NCBI GenBank assembly: GCA_049322655.1
Contig: JBMORP010000002.1
Location: 32,923 to 96,922 of the forward strand
DNA length: 64,000 nucleotides
Direction: 5' to 3'
Source of the DNA: Patescibacteria group bacterium
GTDB taxonomy: Bacteria; Patescibacteriota; Microgenomatia; UBA1400; PJMF01
The notes below the pieces were generated by a model, which did no database searches, was not told the origin of the DNA, and saw only the letters and a program-made list of their open reading frames with translations. Position 1 is the stretch's first letter; each line of letters starts with the position of its first letter. Positions 58,719 to 64,000 of this stretch are shown here, one piece after another. A program made the translations under genes and the position numbers.

Positions 58719-60776
58719 TTAGTTCAGTTTAATAATAAAAGTTCCATCTTTTGCATAGACCAGTTCTCCTAGAGTGAGAAGATCATTTGTTTTTAAGCTT
58801 TTATAAACTTCTTTTTCTTGACTACCAATAAAGATATATTTTACCTGATAATGCTTAAATAAAGCTTGGGCTTCAGTTGAAAGAGGCTCTTCAAACATAG
58901 TCTTAACCTCAGTGGTTCTTTGACCCGGAATAGCAAAACCACCTCGCCATAACCATTCATGAACGCGCCAACCCAAAACAGTGGGCAACCCAGTAAAAAC
59001 AGACACTCGAGCTTTTTTACTGTAACTTTCCCCAACAGCCTCCAACACAATTGCCTTATCATCGAGTTGTCTCATCCATAAAATAGCTTGGTAATCAGCT
59101 GGGTAGCTCTTTTTCATCCAATCCAAACCATTCCAGCCCTTATAGTTTTTAAATTCTCCATAGTAGCTTGGGTAACCAAGAAAAGGATAAGTCATAAAAC
59201 CAGCAATCACCAACAAAAATAAACTCAATAGAAAAACTTTAACCAACTTAGCTAAGTTAGTTTTGTTGAGAATTTGAGTCAATAGTCCCAAACCAAAAGC
59301 GACCAAGAAACTCATGATTATAAAAGCCTGAAAAGTAAATTTAAACATGGTATTAGCCCGAGGATGATTGGGATAAATATCTTTAAAAAAGATTACCTCA
59401 GGCAAAATCAACAAAATCAAAGCAGTGGCTAATAAACTAGCTATAAATACTTTTTGCGGATTTTTTTCTTGATCTTTAAAAACTAAATAAACCAGCCCAA
59501 CACTAAGTAAACTTAGCCCAAAATGGCCACTCCACAGAGCTAATAATTGCCAAAAGGGAGAGTGTTCATAAGCCAACAATACTCCTTCAGAGATCGAAGT
59601 AAAATTCAGCCACCATAAACTAGCTGTAGCTCCAGCAAAAACTACAGCTACAAAACCAGCAATAAAAAATAACCAAAATTTTTCAGTGAATAAAATCAAA
59701 AGTGAAAAACCCAAAACTACTAATAAAAGACCATAAATCATCATGTCCCAAGTACTAGTCATAGCTAGTACACCCAAAAGAATTCCTAAAATAGCAGCTT
59801 CTTTTAACCACTGTTGACTGACTAAGTTTTTCCAAGTTAGTTTTTTGTTTAATTTAGCCTGTTGAATTGTTTCCATCCAGCGCCAACAAACCAGCATCAT
59901 TAACAACACCACTGGCATTCCCCAAACATGAGCATGCAGATCACTGACGATATAACTGTAGGCTGGAAACTCATGAATAGTACGATCAATAAATCTAGTT
60001 GCATCTGGATACCAATATTTATCAAAAGAAAAGTTATGTTGGATAAAATACCAAATTGGATGAGTGTTACCACCAAAGTTAACTAATAACAAACCAACCA
60101 AACCCGTTATGAGTAAAACTAAACTCTGATTTTTTTTCTTTAAAAAAGGTGTCAAAAAAATTCTTACCAAAGCAAAACTCTCAACCACCATTAAACCTAA
60201 AATAAAAGCTAATAAAAAATTATAACCAAACTCAACCGGTAAATGCCAAAAACGAATGATTAAACTACCTAAAAAATGACCAAAAGTATAATAGTTAACT
60301 TTCTCTCCAGCTAACCACATATCTTCAACTGGCAAACTGGCTGAAGTGAGATAACTCTGCATCAAACCAGCATCCATAAATTTTTCTAGATCCAACACAT
60401 CTGGGTTATAAGCTCTCACTAAACCAAGAAAAATAAACCCAAGTAAAAAAATTAATTCTTGAAAAATGATAATTTTTCGATGTTTTTTTAGAAAAGATCT
60501 AAATTGATTAATAATGTTTAACTTACTGAAAAATAACCAACCAACAAAACCAGTAAATACTAACCAAAAACCAAGATCACTATTAACTCCAATAAAATGA
60601 GCCGTAAACCAAATTACCAAGCCCAGCGCCAACCAGCCAACAATTCTACCAAAAGCCCAAAGATTCTCATTTAACTGTTTTTTTTGTGAAAAAATTAAGA
60701 TTAAACCAAAACCAATTACTTGAATTAAAAGCGTAGCACAAGCTAAAAAAAGCAAATAAATAATACTTGAAAACAT
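58719..60776 (-). CDS. GT-C-type membrane glycosyltransferase-like protein (many TM helices plus C-terminal extracytoplasmic domain)
   Basis: 685 aa, polytopic N-terminal two-thirds and a soluble C-terminus. The architecture resembles PMT/ArnT/oligosaccharyltransferase-like enzymes. Confidence 0.4.
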   Translation of the reverse strand: MFSSIIYLLFLACATLLIQVIGFGLILIFSQKKQLNENLWAFGRIVGWLALGLVIWFTAHFIGVNSDLGFWLVFTGFVGWLFFSKLNIINQFRSFLKKHRKIIIFQELIFLLGFIFLGLVRAYNPDVLDLEKFMDAGLMQSYLTSASLPVEDMWLAGEKVNYYTFGHFLGSLIIRFWHLPVEFGYNFLLAFILGLMVVESFALVRIFLTPFLKKKNQSLVLLITGLVGLLLVNFGGNTHPIWYFIQHNFSFDKYWYPDATRFIDRTIHEFPAYSYIVSDLHAHVWGMPVVLLMMLVCWRWMETIQQAKLNKKLTWKNLVSQQWLKEAAILGILLGVLAMTSTWDMMIYGLLLVVLGFSLLILFTEKFWLFFIAGFVAVVFAGATASLWWLNFTSISEGVLLAYEHSPFWQLLALWSGHFGLSLLSVGLVYLVFKDQEKNPQKVFIASLLATALILLILPEVIFFKDIYPNHPRANTMFKFTFQAFIIMSFLVAFGLGLLTQILNKTNLAKLVKVFLLSLFLLVIAGFMTYPFLGYPSYYGEFKNYKGWNGLDWMKKSYPADYQAILWMRQLDDKAIVLEAVGESYSKKARVSVFTGLPTVLGWRVHEWLWRGGFAIPGQRTTEVKTMFEEPLSTEAQALFKHYQVKYIFIGSQEKEVYKSLKTNDLLTLGELVYAKDGTFIIKLN

Positions 60777-60832
60777 AAGCTTAAATATACCAAAACTAAC
60801 TCTAAAAACCTAAGAGAAAAAACCTGTATGAA

Positions 60833-62527
60833 TTGCTTATAATGGTGACTGTGAAAAAAATTTTATCTGTTCTGACTATCTTGTTCTTGGGTCTGGCCAT
60901 TAGATTGGTTGGAATTAATTGGGATCAAGGCAGCTTTTTGCATCCAGATGAGAGATTTTTGGTCATGGTTGTAGAATCACTCAACATTCCTGATTCTTTT
61001 TCTGCTTATTTGTCAATCGATTCACCACTACAAGTTAGAAATACTTCATATTCTTTTTATGTTTATGGTTCATTTCCAGTGGTTTTAACCAAACTTATTA
61101 GCCATTTTTTAATTGATCAGCCTAGTTTTGCCAGCATTACTAATTTGGGCAGGTATCTAACTATTATTTTGGAAACCCTCAATATTCTCTTAGTTTACAA
61201 ACTAGCTGAATTTATTACTAAAAAACACCAACTATCTTTTAAATTACCACTCTGGAGTAGTCTATTTTATGCCTTTTCTGTTTTACCAATTCAACTTTCC
61301 CATTTTTATACAGTTGATCCATTTCTAACTTTTTTTTGTTTATTAGCTCTGCTACTTATAACTAAAATAACTAAAAAACGGGGAGTATTTTATTTGATAG
61401 CAGCTGGAGTTAGTTTTGGTTTGGCGTTGGCTAGTAAGCTATCAGCTGTTTTCTTTTCACCTTTGCTTGGATTTTTCATGATTAGTTTAGTTTTTCATCC
61501 TCAACAAAAAACTAAAACCATTGGTCAATTAATCAGTTATGGACTGCTTTTTTCTTTGGCAACATATTTAAGTTTAAGACTATTTAATCCCGAATATTTT
61601 GCTTTTGCTTCCTGGTTAAAACCAACCATCTCTCCACAACTAATCAGGAACTTAGATGTTCTGAAATCTTGGACCAACTCAACAGCCAATTATCCTCCCT
61701 CAATGCAGTGGCTAGAAAGAACTCAAGTTTTATTTAGTTTGAAAAATATTTTCTTTTTCGGTTTGGGCATTTGGCAAAGCACGTTTATCTTAATTGGTCT
61801 TTACTGGATAATCAGCAAAAAAATCAAATCACTCTTGGGAATTGTCGTTAGTTGGTTGGTTGGTTTTATTATTTTTCAAGGATTTCAATTTGTACAAAGT
61901 CTTCGCTATTTTTATTTTCTCTATCCTTGGTTTGCGATCATCGGGGCTATCGGGATTAGTTGGCTTCAACAAGTAAAAAAAATCAAAAATAATCTATTTG
62001 TTTTTAACTTATTATTTATTTCACTAATTTTATTATGGCCGCTAATGTTTTTAAAAATATTTTTAGTCGATCATTCCAGAGTTAGTGCCACCTATTGGAT
62101 CAGAGAAAATATTGATCCTCAAAAAAAAATTATTTATGAATATTGGGACGACGCCCTGCCTTTGGGCTATGCTCCAGGAAAACATGTTGCTTACCAAACA
62201 GAACCAATCTCTATTTTTGACCAAGATAGTGACCAAAAATGGCAGAAAATTAACCAACAATTAGAAACAGCAGATTTTTATATTTTATCCTCTAATCGAG
62301 GTTGGGCCAGTCTATCTAGACTACCTGATAAATATCCCACCACTGCTCAATTTTACCAAGATCTATTTGCAGGTAGGACTAATTATTACTTTGAAAAATC
62401 TTTCCAAACTAAACCATCTCTAGATTGGCTAGGTATCAACTTAACACTTGATGACGGCTGGGCAGAGGAGGCCTTTACTGTTTATGACCACCCAACTGTT
62501 TTAATTTTCAAGAAAAAATTAGATTAA
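60833..62527 (+). CDS. GT-C glycosyltransferase (PMT/ArnT family 39/83-like)
   Basis: First-loop 'HPDERF' Asp-Glu motif typical of PMT_2/ArnT. Polytopic, with a C-terminal soluble domain. Confidence 0.5.
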   Translation: MLIMVTVKKILSVLTILFLGLAIRLVGINWDQGSFLHPDERFLVMVVESLNIPDSFSAYLSIDSPLQVRNTSYSFYVYGSFPVVLTKLISHFLIDQPSFASITNLGRYLTIILETLNILLVYKLAEFITKKHQLSFKLPLWSSLFYAFSVLPIQLSHFYTVDPFLTFFCLLALLLITKITKKRGVFYLIAAGVSFGLALASKLSAVFFSPLLGFFMISLVFHPQQKTKTIGQLISYGLLFSLATYLSLRLFNPEYFAFASWLKPTISPQLIRNLDVLKSWTNSTANYPPSMQWLERTQVLFSLKNIFFFGLGIWQSTFILIGLYWIISKKIKSLLGIVVSWLVGFIIFQGFQFVQSLRYFYFLYPWFAIIGAIGISWLQQVKKIKNNLFVFNLLFISLILLWPLMFLKIFLVDHSRVSATYWIRENIDPQKKIIYEYWDDALPLGYAPGKHVAYQTEPISIFDQDSDQKWQKINQQLETADFYILSSNRGWASLSRLPDKYPTTAQFYQDLFAGRTNYYFEKSFQTKPSLDWLGINLTLDDGWAEEAFTVYDHPTVLIFKKKLD

Positions 62528-62560
62528 GAATAAAAATATTTAACTGCAGCATGAATTAAT

Positions 62561-63688
62561 TTAAGCTAACCAGTCTTCTAAAGCCTTGAAATTTTGGGCA
62601 AAAGCAAAATAGTTTTTTACTGCTGGTAAAAATCTCTGATAACTCTTTTTTTGTTTGGCAAACAATAAAATTTTCTCTGCTAAATCAGTAACATTATTTG
62701 CTTCAGCAACTTCACCAAACTTTGTTTGTTTAACTACATCTCTGCCACCAATAATATTAGTCACAATCACTGGTTTCTCATATCTCATCGCCTCAGCTTG
62801 AACCAAACCAAAACAATCAGATCTAGAAGGCATCACTAGGGCATCAAGACTGTTATAAAAAGATTCTAATTCTTCTCCGGCTAATAAACCCAAAAAACTA
62901 ATTTGCTGCTTCACTTGTTCATAGAGTTGCTGATGTTGGTGAAAAAAATCTTCATAACCCATATTTTTCTCACCGGCAAAAACAAAATGAAGACCAGGGT
63001 TTTTTTGGTTAACTAAAGGAATAGCCTTAAATAAATTATCAAAACCTTTTTCTTCAACAAATCTTCCAGAAAGACCAATAATAGTGGAGTATTTTTTTCT
63101 TAAAGCAACGATTTTTTTTAATTTTTTATTGGTTTTTTTAATCATAGGGAATGGAATTATAAAATTGCTAGTTTTACTAGGAAAAAATTTTAATAATCGA
63201 GAATGCTGTGCATAATCTTTGGTATAAGTAGCCAAACCATCAGCCAAAACAAAAGCCATCAAGCTTGAAATATTAAAAATGCCTTCAATGATTTTATTAA
63301 AAAGTCCTGTTGGTAAAATTAAATCCCCTTGATGAAAAACATAAACTCTTTTAGCAAAAAGTTTGGCCAAAATTGTCAACGGTAAAATAAAGGTAAATGG
63401 AGAATTGATCACTACATAATCATGTTTATCTAAGAGTTGCAGATACTTCAGTAAAATAGCAGGAGCAAACTTGGCCCGACTAACCGACCACCAAAAACTA
63501 ACTCGATAAACAGCGTGCTTATTAATTTTTTCCTGGCTAGCTAAATTTTTTTGATGAGCAATAGTTAAAACTGAACAACTATTTTTTTTGTCCAAAGCAG
63601 AAACAATTAAGTTAAGAGATTTAGATAAACCTGTCCAATGAGGCAAATAATAATCAGTAATAAATAGTATTTTTTTATTATTAATCAT
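62561..63688 (-). CDS. GT4-family (GT-B) glycosyltransferase
   Basis: 'GRFVEEKGFDNL' and an EX7E-like 'GLVQAEAMRYEKPVI'. Confidence 0.65.
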   Translation of the reverse strand: MINNKKILFITDYYLPHWTGLSKSLNLIVSALDKKNSCSVLTIAHQKNLASQEKINKHAVYRVSFWWSVSRAKFAPAILLKYLQLLDKHDYVVINSPFTFILPLTILAKLFAKRVYVFHQGDLILPTGLFNKIIEGIFNISSLMAFVLADGLATYTKDYAQHSRLLKFFPSKTSNFIIPFPMIKKTNKKLKKIVALRKKYSTIIGLSGRFVEEKGFDNLFKAIPLVNQKNPGLHFVFAGEKNMGYEDFFHQHQQLYEQVKQQISFLGLLAGEELESFYNSLDALVMPSRSDCFGLVQAEAMRYEKPVIVTNIIGGRDVVKQTKFGEVAEANNVTDLAEKILLFAKQKKSYQRFLPAVKNYFAFAQNFKALEDWLA

Positions 63689-64000
63689 TAAGCTGCTTAA
63701 TAAAATCTGCCAATAAAAAGAATTTCCTTGGAAAATCAATTTTTCTATCTAGTAAGTTAGTAATCCAAACAAGCTTGGTCCTTAATTTTTTTTGTGAAAG
63801 ATAATTCACAATATCCCAATTATCCTCAACAAAGTAATCCAAACCCAAGTCTCGAATTTTTCTTTCTTTAAATAAGTGTGGTTGTTCATCTTGTTCATTC
63901 ATAAATGACCGTTTAAAAATCTTCTTTCGAGCAAATTTTTTAAACCACACCTGAGTATCAGCCTGCAAATGAGCAAATCTGCCTGTAATAATATAAGCCT
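63681..64000 (-). CDS. hypothetical protein, 5' end beyond the window
   Basis: The open frame continues to the window edge. Confidence 0.3.
   Translation of the reverse strand, partial: AYIITGRFAHLQADTQVWFKKFARKKIFKRSFMNEQDEQPHLFKERKIRDLGLDYFVEDNWDIVNYLSQKKLRTKLVWITNLLDRKIDFPRKFFLLADFIKQLND

Overview
This window is a low-GC (~35%), tightly packed bacterial segment with the hallmarks of a Candidate Phyla Radiation (Patescibacteria) genome. A stand-alone 16S rRNA gene has no 23S/5S or spacer tRNAs, and its universal primer sites deviate ('cctacatctacggatggcagcaa', 'gtgccagaagcctcggtaatac'). Fermentative energy genes are clustered: pflB-pflA, ADP-forming acetyl-CoA synthetase, a CoaD-CoaE fusion, pyruvate kinase, 2-oxoacid:ferredoxin oxidoreductase and flavodoxin. 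There are no respiratory genes in the window. DNA-repair genes are unusually dense (mutS-mutL, uvrA, uvrB, uvrC, AlkD-like). Other content includes Elp3 with a Trm9-like methyltransferase, TruB, MnmA, ClpB, Lon, the tRNAs Gln, His, Arg and Ile, several secreted or membrane proteins, and GT-C and GT4 glycosyltransferases.

The most unusual observations are:
- A ~650-bp island of ~58% GC (18880-19545) carrying two small unrecognisable ORFs with their own GC-rich terminator.
- A ~155-nt composite repeat present at two loci in inverted orientation, next to mutS and at the uvrA/coaDE junction. Each copy carries a CIRCE-like TTAGCA-N15-TGCTAA palindrome that also sits directly upstream of clpB and lon.
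- A conserved 7TM / RimK-like ATP-grasp / DUF1704 (QEGLA, MATCAP-like) cassette fused into an operon with uvrC, truB and mnmA.
- A divergent Elp3/Trm9-like pair, which implies a eukaryote/archaea-style mcm5U34 tRNA modification route.
- CRP/FNR-like TGTA-N8-TACA sites at matching distances upstream of pflB and korA.

All protein calls come from motif recognition in the supplied translations. No database search was run.
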